Notes under the pieces: model-generated | Told to the model about the DNA's origin: nothing | Databases searched by the model: none | Seen by the model: the letters and a program-made list of their open reading frames with translations, nothing else | In this document: one piece after another, positions 1 to 7,792 of the stretch | How the letters are laid out: each line of letters begins with the position of its first letter | How positions within the stretch are numbered: position 1 is the stretch's first letter | Source of the DNA: Thermofilum pendens Hrk 5 | GTDB taxonomy: Archaea > Thermoproteota > Thermoprotei > Thermofilales > Thermofilaceae | Length of the DNA: 32,000 bases | Direction: 5' to 3' | Assembly (NCBI RefSeq): GCF_000015225.1 | Contig: NC_008698.1 | Span: 1,650,001 to 1,682,000, forward strand | Position numbers and translations under genes: made by a program

Positions 1-13
1 CAAACCGTAGGCT

Positions 14-32
14 TTAAAAATGTAAAAAAATT
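14..32 (-). terminator. Oligo-T tracts downstream of the protease gene (candidate archaeal terminator)
   Basis: Just past the TAA stop (39-41, minus strand) the minus strand reads ...AAATTTTTTTACATTTTTAAAG. It has a T7 run (plus-strand A-run 24-30) and a T5 run (16-20). Archaeal termination typically occurs at oligo-T. Confidence 0.35.
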
Positions 33-38
33 TATTTT

Positions 39-3000
39 TTACTTAGATACTCTAATCCAGTCCTCTAATAGATACCAGTCCGTCCATTTTACGTAGCTAC
101 CTCCATAGTCCCTGTAGTACACCGGTAGCGACGGGAGACTTACAAGGAAGCCAGCAACGGCATCGAACTTCTGACCCTCAGCACCGTAGTTCTGCACCAT
201 AAAGGAGAATGTAAACACAGTTCCAGACGGATAGGGTCCAGAGACCGAGGACGGCGAGATAGAAGTGATCCCCGGCGTGTATCTCTGATCGTAGTCGAGC
301 CACGGAGTCATCGGTCTATACGCACCAGCAGAGATATATTTCACAATGTACGGAAGTGAGTACCTTATCACGAACGTGCCACCACCAGTAACGGACGCTG
401 GAAGCTTCTGCTGAGCCTGTAGCACCCTTGCTTTCGCCGAGATAATCTCGGAAGCCCCAGCCGACGCGTCAAACAGCGCGCTCCTCACTACAAATGTGAA
501 CACACCGCTCTCAGGCTTGCCGTGCGGGTACAGCCATGTACGGTAGTCGATAGCCGGGAATATCACTACGCGCTTAGCGTTCTGCACAGAGCCCGCGCCC
601 GTATCAAACCACATGAAAAGCCCTCCTCCCAAGTACCGATGCCACGAAGCACCCTGACCGAAGTAGGCACCCGCGAACTGGCCGTCGGGTCCAACGGCGT
701 AGGCTATTAGCGAGGTATCAGGCAGAGACCAGCCAGCCTCGAACTCGAAAGCTAGACCGTTCGGCACGCCGGGCTTAACGTGGAACAAGCGCCAGTCGCC
801 CGACTCGTACCTCCAACCCCAGTCGTTAGCACCCCTAATGCTGAACGCACTAGGCCACCTGCCGTTAACACCTGTAACCAGGTTTACAGAGGAAGCTCCA
901 ACCGTAGTATACACGTTGAACGAGTACGGTATCGCCGTTGCGTGACCAGTAACGTTGTTCACTGCAACAACCTCGCCAATATACGTCGTGGGCACAGCAT
1001 TGCTTGGAACCTTGAGAGTTAGCGTAAAGGTCTGCGAGCCACCAGGTGAGATCGTAGCCGTGCTCGGCGAGACAGAGACCCAGCTATCGCCAGCCGTGTC
1101 CACGTAGTTAACTGTGACTGTGACGGGTATCGGTGGTACGTAGCTCGGCGCGTCGGGACCCCTTACCAGGTCTACCGTGACTACTATCCCCTTGAAGCCT
1201 CCCGCGCTTAGCCTACCCGCCGGGTTGCTCATCGTGGCTAGGTTCCAGTTAGACCAGGCGGCGCCGTAGTTCACGAGTACCATTTCGTCTGGATCCGGGA
1301 CGCCGTTAGCGTTGGTATCGCTCCTCCAGATGTGGATCCACACCCTCACCCTCACGTCCGGCCGATAGTTGTAGTTCGAGTCGAACTTGGAGAACGGGAT
1401 AGTAGCCACGACCTCCATGAAGCGCAACGTGGACGTCAGGTTAGCAGCGGTGAAGACCCAGTAAGTTCTATTGTAGCTTGTCCCAGGCGAGAGCGAAAGA
1501 GACCTGCTCAGCACCGTGGTATTCGTCAGCTTAAATATCCGTGGAGACAGGGAGACGGAAACAGTCTTGTTTGTTGGGTTCTTAACAGTCAGTGTGATAC
1601 TTTTGTTGCCACCGACCGGTACGTCACCGAAGAACAGCGAACCACCAATTCTCGATGCTACCGCAGACGGCATACTACAGCTTGGGAGAGATAGCTCGGT
1701 ACCAGCCCACCAAAGCATGTACGCAGCGATATTGTCGCACCACTGCCAGTACCAGGTACTAGCCGCTTTAGAGGAGTAGGCAGACCATAGAGAGTTACTC
1801 ATAAACTGAATTTCGTACTTAGCCGCTGTTTTACCAGCAAGCAATCTCGCTAAAGACACAGCGTAGAATGCGTTTACGCGGCCGAAGCCTTGGGACGGAC
1901 CATCGTACCCTACTCCCTGGGCAGTAGACGCTATTATGCTCTTCACGAGGTCGGGATCCGCCGTGGGCAGAACCTGGTACACCAGCGCCGCAACACCGGC
2001 TGTGAGCGGGGTAGCGTAGCTAGTACCGCCGAATATGGTGTAGTTCACGGTTACAGGAGCCGCTGTGAAGCCGAAGGCGCCCACGTTTACCACGTCCGGC
2101 TTAACGTAGCCAGCAACAGTGGGCCCGCGCAACGACCAGCTCACAACCTCGTCGAAAGCCCAGCCCCCTCCAGACATGAAGACAGAGCCGTAACCCTGCT
2201 TCGATAGTACGTAGGCGAAGTGCATCGAGGTGGAGGCACCTACTGTTAATACTCCGGGAGACGCGCCGGGGGACGTTATGGTACCGTAGCCAGGGCCACC
2301 GTTGCCGCCGGCCTGCACTATCAAAATACCGGGGTACCTCGGGTCGAGGAAGCCTGGCATAGAGAGACCCGCAACGAACACGGACTCCAGGTCGTAGCCG
2401 AAAGCTCCTACGTCGTAGGTGAAGTACGAGGTACCCCAGCTGTTACTTATGATATGCGCCCTCCTGCTACCAGTGTAGTAGAATTTCCCATCGTATGGGT
2501 TAACATCAAAGCCCGCCGCCCACAGCATGCCGACCTCGACGTTCCCGATCCACAGAGCCTTAACGCCTACTATCTTGGCTCCGGGCGCTATGCCGGTAAG
2601 CTTGACCACGCCCAGCCCAGTTACGTTATACGCTACGACGCCACGTCCCGCCGCTGCCGATGCGCACGAAGTACCATGACCGTAAAAGTCGTAGAAAATG
2701 CTAAGCCAACGGCCCTGTCTATCCCAGCCAGGGAAAATCTCCGCAGGATAGTTGAAGTACCACCACCAATCATAGAAGAAGCCGCCGGCAACGCCGAAAG
2801 AGTCGTCAGGAAAACCATTTCTGTCGTAATCAGGCGCGATAACCCTGTTCGCTGAGTACCTCAGAACACTACCCCTCCCATAGGGATCAATTGGTGGTGC
2901 CACCTCGTCGTCAAACCTGCCGTTATTATTAACGTCTATAAGTGCGTAGGCGTAGTAACCAAAGGTGTACGGCTTTACTAGCAACACGCCGACGATACGT

Positions 3001-3920
3001 ATGCCGTCATACCTCCATAGATACGTGACACCAAACCTAAGCCCGCCACCAGGCTGAGACACCATGTTATACACAGATAATGGGATTCTGTAGTAGTCGT
3101 AGGGTGGATAGATATCTACAGGCCAGGGTATAAGCGTGGTGTAACTCTTGCCACCGACATAGACATGAGTAGAGTTAACAAGCTGAACATCCTGGAAAAG
3201 AAGCACTTGAGACTCATCAGCGTCGAAGACCAGCGGCTCTACTACCCACTCACCTTTGTAAGTGCCACTCCAGTACGCGAGTGCCGAAGTCAAATCTGGA
3301 TGACCAAAGTCAACACCCGTATCTACTATCGCAATGTTCACACCAGAGCCGTTGACACCGTAGACTGAACGTACCTGCGCTGCACCTATTAATTGCCCAA
3401 TAATTACGTTTGTAGGTGCAGGACTTGGCAGCTTAGGCAGATTGTCGATTTCTGGTAACCTTTCAAAGGTTCGAGGAACAGGTTTCGCAACAACAGCCTC
3501 CACGTAGTCACCATACGCACGCAGAACCTGCTTAACAACTTCCGGCTTCTCAGCAACCCTGAACATATAGCGGCCCTGCTTGTCCATCACAAGCCTAGAA
3601 ACCTTAACCTCTCTCACCTTCACTTGTTTCCCGTTAGCAACAGAAAGTGTACGCTCAAAGGTATACATTTTCAACACTTCGCCGTAAGCCTTGGAAACTA
3701 TGTTCTCCGAGACACCCTTCTTAAACACTACCGTGGATGCCCTTACTTGCTCACCACCAGCAGTAAAGTTGCCCACGAAGACTCCGGATGGAATACCCGC
3801 GTTGTCTAAAGGCTGTGTTTCTCGTGGAAATGCTACTACTGGAAGAGAAGAGAACAGCAACACTGCCGCTAGTACAACTGCTACTAGCTTTTGTCCTGCG
3901 ATTGTTTTCTTATTCCCCAT
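39..3920 (-). CDS. Secreted subtilisin-family (S8) serine protease, pyrolysin-like, 1293 aa
   Basis: The ORF begins with an N-terminal signal-like segment (KLVAVVLAAVLLFSSLPVVA). Catalytic motifs occur in subtilase order: IAIVDTGVD (Asp ~200), HGTSCASAAAG (His ~415), AGGNGG (oxyanion Asn ~540), GGTSYATPLTAGVAAL (Ser ~633). About 215 aa are inserted between Asp and His, and about 650 aa of beta-rich, sequon-rich sequence follow the catalytic domain. Confidence 0.9.
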   Translation of the reverse strand: MGNKKTIAGQKLVAVVLAAVLLFSSLPVVAFPRETQPLDNAGIPSGVFVGNFTAGGEQVRASTVVFKKGVSENIVSKAYGEVLKMYTFERTLSVANGKQVKVREVKVSRLVMDKQGRYMFRVAEKPEVVKQVLRAYGDYVEAVVAKPVPRTFERLPEIDNLPKLPSPAPTNVIIGQLIGAAQVRSVYGVNGSGVNIAIVDTGVDFGHPDLTSALAYWSGTYKGEWVVEPLVFDADESQVLLFQDVQLVNSTHVYVGGKSYTTLIPWPVDIYPPYDYYRIPLSVYNMVSQPGGGLRFGVTYLWRYDGIRIVGVLLVKPYTFGYYAYALIDVNNNGRFDDEVAPPIDPYGRGSVLRYSANRVIAPDYDRNGFPDDSFGVAGGFFYDWWWYFNYPAEIFPGWDRQGRWLSIFYDFYGHGTSCASAAAGRGVVAYNVTGLGVVKLTGIAPGAKIVGVKALWIGNVEVGMLWAAGFDVNPYDGKFYYTGSRRAHIISNSWGTSYFTYDVGAFGYDLESVFVAGLSMPGFLDPRYPGILIVQAGGNGGPGYGTITSPGASPGVLTVGASTSMHFAYVLSKQGYGSVFMSGGGWAFDEVVSWSLRGPTVAGYVKPDVVNVGAFGFTAAPVTVNYTIFGGTSYATPLTAGVAALVYQVLPTADPDLVKSIIASTAQGVGYDGPSQGFGRVNAFYAVSLARLLAGKTAAKYEIQFMSNSLWSAYSSKAASTWYWQWCDNIAAYMLWWAGTELSLPSCSMPSAVASRIGGSLFFGDVPVGGNKSITLTVKNPTNKTVSVSLSPRIFKLTNTTVLSRSLSLSPGTSYNRTYWVFTAANLTSTLRFMEVVATIPFSKFDSNYNYRPDVRVRVWIHIWRSDTNANGVPDPDEMVLVNYGAAWSNWNLATMSNPAGRLSAGGFKGIVVTVDLVRGPDAPSYVPPIPVTVTVNYVDTAGDSWVSVSPSTATISPGGSQTFTLTLKVPSNAVPTTYIGEVVAVNNVTGHATAIPYSFNVYTTVGASSVNLVTGVNGRWPSAFSIRGANDWGWRYESGDWRLFHVKPGVPNGLAFEFEAGWSLPDTSLIAYAVGPDGQFAGAYFGQGASWHRYLGGGLFMWFDTGAGSVQNAKRVVIFPAIDYRTWLYPHGKPESGVFTFVVRSALFDASAGASEIISAKARVLQAQQKLPASVTGGGTFVIRYSLPYIVKYISAGAYRPMTPWLDYDQRYTPGITSISPSSVSGPYPSGTVFTFSFMVQNYGAEGQKFDAVAGFLVSLPSLPVYYRDYGGSYVKWTDWYLLEDWIRVSK

Positions 3921-4196
3921 AGCAGTATTATTTGTGCTTAACTAACATATATTTTTTTTCTTATTTCTTTCCGAAATTTTTTCAAACTTTTCGTTATTCT
4001 TTTGTTTTTCCACGAAGACTATACCACAACGCTATTAAGGGCTATATCGAGAGACACAGCACTGGGAGCACAAAATCCGCCCACCACCGACGGCTAGGCG
4101 TAAGATTGGTAACCCGAACTATACAGTTCCTTGTTTCAAAATCGCAGGCACCGAGGCGAAAACACAAATATTATTCCAAAAAACAACAACCACGCA
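3921..4196. promoter_or_regulatory. Divergent A/T-rich intergenic region holding the protease and wecB promoters
   Basis: This 276-bp non-coding spacer separates the divergent ATG 3920(-) and ATG 4197(+). AAATATTATT lies about 24-33 nt upstream of the wecB ATG. AAATATATG lies about 33 nt upstream of the protease ATG on the minus strand. The region also has long T/A runs. Confidence 0.4.
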
Positions 4197-5285
4197 ATGA
4201 CCAAAGTTGTATCAATAGTCGGTGCGCGCCCCAACTTCGTGAAGCTAGCCGCGGTCGCAGAGACCTTCGACAGAGAATTCGAGCACACAGTCATCCATAC
4301 GGGCCAGCACTACGACTACGAGATGTCGAAGGTATTCTTCGAGCAACTGAGACTCCGCGACCCAGACATACACCTCGGCGTCGGGTCGGGGAGCCAGGGC
4401 TACCAGGTCGGCGAGATAGTCAAGAAAGCCGAGGAGCACTTGAAGAGCATAAACCCCGACGTGGTGGTCGTCTACGGCGACACAAACAGCACGCTCGCCG
4501 GCGCCCTCGCCGCCGCGAAAGCCGGTTACCCAGTGGCACACGTAGAAGCAGGGCTACGCTCGCACGACATGAAAATGCAGGAGGAGATAAACAGGAGAGT
4601 CGTCGACCACGTGTCAGCACTCCTCTTCGCGCCGACCCCCTCCGCCAGGGACAACCTGCTGAAAGAAAACGTGCCCGGAAAAGTCTTCCTCACAGGCGAC
4701 GTCCACGTGGACGTGCTCCAAAAATGGATAGAAAGCATACAGAGATCCAACATACTCGGAAGGCTGGGGCTACTGGAGGGGGAGTACGTGATGGCGACAA
4801 TCCACCGCGCCGAAAACGTCGACGACCCAGCAAAGCTAGCAGAAGTAATCAAGTGCCTCAAAGAACTGGCGGCACTCACGAAGGTCGTTTTCCCCATCCA
4901 CCCCCGCACAAGGAGCAGAGCAGAAGAAGCAGGTTTAGAAAAAGAGCTATACAGCAACCCCAACCTCGTAGCCACGAAGCCCCTCGGCTACGTAGACTTC
5001 CTCAGACTAGTCACGGGGTCAAAACTCGTCGTCACAGACTCGGGAGGGGTGCAACGAGAAGCCTACCTTCTAGGAAAGCCAGCGATAGTCCTACGCGACC
5101 GAACGGAATGGATAGAGCTCGTGCAGGCCGAATGGGTCAGACTCGCCGACGCAAACCCAGCCAGGCTCGTACAGGAGTACAAAAAACTGCTAGAAAAGCC
5201 ACCAGCCCCACAACCCGGGCTACTCGGCGACGGAAAAGCCGCCGAGCGAATAACGAAAACTATTTCAGAGCTAATGAGAAGATGA
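4197..5285 (+). CDS. wecB: UDP-N-acetylglucosamine 2-epimerase (non-hydrolysing)
   Basis: Hallmark motifs are present: GARPNFVKL, HTGQHYD, VYGDTNSTL, HVEAGLRS, QEEINRR, TDSGGVQREA, and a C-terminal GDGKAAERI. I prefer the ATG at 4197 (MTKVVSIVGARPN) over the TTG at 4131 listed in the ORF track. Confidence 0.92.
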   Translation: MTKVVSIVGARPNFVKLAAVAETFDREFEHTVIHTGQHYDYEMSKVFFEQLRLRDPDIHLGVGSGSQGYQVGEIVKKAEEHLKSINPDVVVVYGDTNSTLAGALAAAKAGYPVAHVEAGLRSHDMKMQEEINRRVVDHVSALLFAPTPSARDNLLKENVPGKVFLTGDVHVDVLQKWIESIQRSNILGRLGLLEGEYVMATIHRAENVDDPAKLAEVIKCLKELAALTKVVFPIHPRTRSRAEEAGLEKELYSNPNLVATKPLGYVDFLRLVTGSKLVVTDSGGVQREAYLLGKPAIVLRDRTEWIELVQAEWVRLADANPARLVQEYKKLLEKPPAPQPGLLGDGKAAERITKTISELMRR

Positions 5286-6095
5286 GATCCTTTGAGCCAA
5301 AACGTATGTAGTAAAGCCCATCCTCCTCACCTTAAAGCCGTGGGATTTCAACAAGCAGATAATGTCCTTCGCTCTGCGGGATACTTCCACTACGATAAAA
5401 TCGACTCTCTCCAAGACGCTCTCCATGCCCTTCAAAACGTCATACTCCGCACCCTCGACGTCCAGCTTAACAAGCCTTATACGGTCGAATCCCCTTAGCA
5501 CGTCGTCCAACCTGACAGCCTCCACCCCGACTAAAGAACCCTTTACGCCTCTGTCATGGTAAGCAGATGACAACCCGTAATAGCGCCCAGAGGGAACAAA
5601 TAGCGTCACGCGCCCTCGCGTGCTCCACGCACACTTATCGACTACTATGACACCGGAAAAGCCGTTAAGCCGGAGATTAGCTTTCAGCACAGCTACCGTT
5701 TGCGGCACAGGTTCCATGGCTACAACCCTAGCACCTCTCAACACACCCAGGAGAGTGTAGTAACCTACATTCGCGCCGACATCCACGAAAACGTCTCCCG
5801 GCGACAGGGCTGAACGTATGAACTCATCTACGGGTCCCTCTCGACCCGGAAGTAAATAGTACAAGTCCTCCGTCCCTCCTCGAACGAAAACCACCACACC
5901 TAGTTCTTTTACGAGGTAAAAGCCGCTGAAAAGCATCCTAGGGTTGCTGGGCGTTGTTACGAGAGAAGCCAGCAGATCCACAGCCGCGGACAGAGGAATG
6001 TTTACCGCACTCCTAAACGTGAGCCCTCTAAAAGACCTGAAAATCCTCATCCACAGGAAGACCCTCCCAGCGACGAGCCCTAACCTCCTCTTCAT
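5271..6095 (-). CDS. FkbM-family SAM-dependent methyltransferase
   Basis: Motifs match Methyltransf_21/FkbM proteins: VFVDVGANVGYYTLLG (SAM-binding glycine motif), LKANLRLNGF, and LVKLDVEGAEYDVLKG. The 3' end overlaps the wecB 3' end by 15 nt in convergent orientation. Confidence 0.8.
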   Translation of the reverse strand: MKRRLGLVAGRVFLWMRIFRSFRGLTFRSAVNIPLSAAVDLLASLVTTPSNPRMLFSGFYLVKELGVVVFVRGGTEDLYYLLPGREGPVDEFIRSALSPGDVFVDVGANVGYYTLLGVLRGARVVAMEPVPQTVAVLKANLRLNGFSGVIVVDKCAWSTRGRVTLFVPSGRYYGLSSAYHDRGVKGSLVGVEAVRLDDVLRGFDRIRLVKLDVEGAEYDVLKGMESVLERVDFIVVEVSRRAKDIICLLKSHGFKVRRMGFTTYVLAQRISSSH

Positions 6096-6099
6096 AGCG

Positions 6100-7380
6100 C
6101 TACCCTACAAGCTCTTTATATATACCAATTATCTTTTCGATTCTCTTTTCAATATCGAACTTCTCCTCAGCTAATCTTCTGCCGTTCATACCCATCCTTT
6201 TAGCCTCGTCAGGGTTGTCGATGAGCCAGAGAATCTTCTCGGCTATAGCCTTTGGATCCCTAGGCGGAACTAGGAATCCGTTATAGCCGTCAATTATCTG
6301 ATCCACTATCCCCCCAACTCTCGTACCCACAACGGGCTTACCCGATGCCATAGCCTCGGTCACGACAAGGCTCCATGCCTCCTGCAACGAAGGAACCACC
6401 ACAGCGTCGCTTGCTGCATAGTAGTGAGGCATCTCGTCCCGCGGAATCCTGCCAGTAAAAATTACATTGTTTTCCAAGTTTAACATTTCAACAAGCTTTT
6501 CGTGGTATGTTCTTAAAGGACCTTCACCACCAATTACAAAGACAACATCGCTTCTAAGTTTCACCACCAGGGCCGCTGCTTTTATCAGGTATTCAAGGCC
6601 GTACACAGGTCTATGATGACGAGCACTAAACACCACAAACTTGTTTTCTATACCAAGCCTTTTACGAATAAGAGAGCCGTTAAGGTTCGGGTTAAACCTT
6701 TTGATGTCAACACCGTTATGTACCAAGTACGTACCGCTTTTCCGTCCACGCAACTTCACAGCCTCCTCAAAAACAGCTCTACTAGCTACGATTACCGCGT
6801 CTGCGTTCACAAGGACTTCGCGTACCAAAGCGTCGTACCGCTTGCTAAGTCTAATACCGTATTTTACAGATGGTTCCACAAGAATGTCGTATCCATGCAG
6901 AGTAACCACTAGAGGCTTCTTAGTCCTGCGTTTAGCTATCAACCCTGAGAAACCCTCTGGATAGGCAAAGTGAGCATGAATGAGATCGATACGAAGGTTC
7001 TCAACAACGTTGGATATGTTTAAAGCGTAGAGATTCTCCCAGTAAAGCATTAAGGGATTCCTTAGAAGAGCAAACGGAGAGTACAGCGGAAGGTTCTTCA
7101 GAAGTTCTACAAATGCTTCTGCATCAACGCGTCTTCTTATTCCATGGAAATTGATACCATAAGAGGAAGAGCTTTCCTCTACTGCCGCCCGCACTACATG
7201 GACGTTCACTCCTCTTTGCACCAGTCTATAAGCTTCGTCGAAAACAAACGAGTAAGTAACCTCTCTAGGCGACTTACCTACAACAGACGAAACTATAGCA
7301 ACCGATATGTCACTACTTCCTGCCTCCATCATCCTTCTTCGCCTCGTTGCTCTGGTATACAACCATCCTCTTAATCGCAT
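6100..7380 (-). CDS. Family 4 (GT-B) glycosyltransferase
   Basis: The C-terminal donor-domain signature is SLQEAWSLVVTEAMASGKPVVGTRVGGIVDQIIDGYNGFLVPPRDP (an E-x7-E-like motif). The start is an ATG with CTATAAAAG about 38 nt upstream on the minus strand. The stop lies 4 nt before the FkbM start. Confidence 0.85.
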   Translation of the reverse strand: MRLRGWLYTRATRRRRMMEAGSSDISVAIVSSVVGKSPREVTYSFVFDEAYRLVQRGVNVHVVRAAVEESSSSYGINFHGIRRRVDAEAFVELLKNLPLYSPFALLRNPLMLYWENLYALNISNVVENLRIDLIHAHFAYPEGFSGLIAKRRTKKPLVVTLHGYDILVEPSVKYGIRLSKRYDALVREVLVNADAVIVASRAVFEEAVKLRGRKSGTYLVHNGVDIKRFNPNLNGSLIRKRLGIENKFVVFSARHHRPVYGLEYLIKAAALVVKLRSDVVFVIGGEGPLRTYHEKLVEMLNLENNVIFTGRIPRDEMPHYYAASDAVVVPSLQEAWSLVVTEAMASGKPVVGTRVGGIVDQIIDGYNGFLVPPRDPKAIAEKILWLIDNPDEAKRMGMNGRRLAEEKFDIEKRIEKIIGIYKELVG

Positions 7381-7510
7381 CGACGAGATTCACGCTTCTT
7401 CCGCCTTCTTTTATAGCTTATATCCAAATATTAAGCAACACCAGAATGTAAGCGCTATAATATTTTGAAAAACAATGGCAGAGATACACTCTCATCATAG
7501 AAAGCTGGCT

Positions 7511-7786
7511 TTACGGCATATTCCACATTATTAACCGCGCGCGATACAGCTTTACCGGGATCGGCGGAATTCTCAATGAAAATTCATTTTTTAATAGCAA
7601 CGGTAAACTGGAAAGTAACAATTTGAACAACTGCTTCTTTGATAAAATCTCCGATAAGGGTTTTAAGTAAATGTAGTCCACGAGAAACACTTCTCTAAGA
7701 GCCTCCGCCTCCAGTCTTAGCCGGGGATGATCAAAAGAAGTTATGATTAAAATTCTTAGCTTTTTACGAGGAACATTCCTTGGCAT
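7511..7786 (-). pseudogene. Possible N-terminal remnant of a glycosyltransferase (91-aa ORF)
   Basis: Only the first ~40 aa (KKLRILIITSFDHPRLRLEAEALRE) resemble a GT N-terminal Rossmann strand-loop. The rest is low-complexity L/K/S-rich sequence, followed by ~130 bp of non-coding DNA. This call is weak. Confidence 0.25.
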
Positions 7787-7792
7787 TCTTCT

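Noticed and set aside
3932-5311. 459-aa plus-strand ORF, extremely Arg/Pro/Ser-rich
   Set aside because: It is an alternative frame of the well-supported wecB gene plus the upstream spacer. Its composition (runs of R, P, S) is typical of off-frame translation of GC-rich coding DNA, and it has no recognisable domain.
7485-7500. ATGATGA (C-box-like) on the minus strand, and a similar AATGATGAA upstream of galU (~12280-12290), as possible C/D-box sRNAs
   Set aside because: No matching CTGA D box or C'/D' boxes occur at the expected 50-70 nt spacing (only CTGC/CTGG/CTGT), and there is no terminal stem. The support is insufficient.
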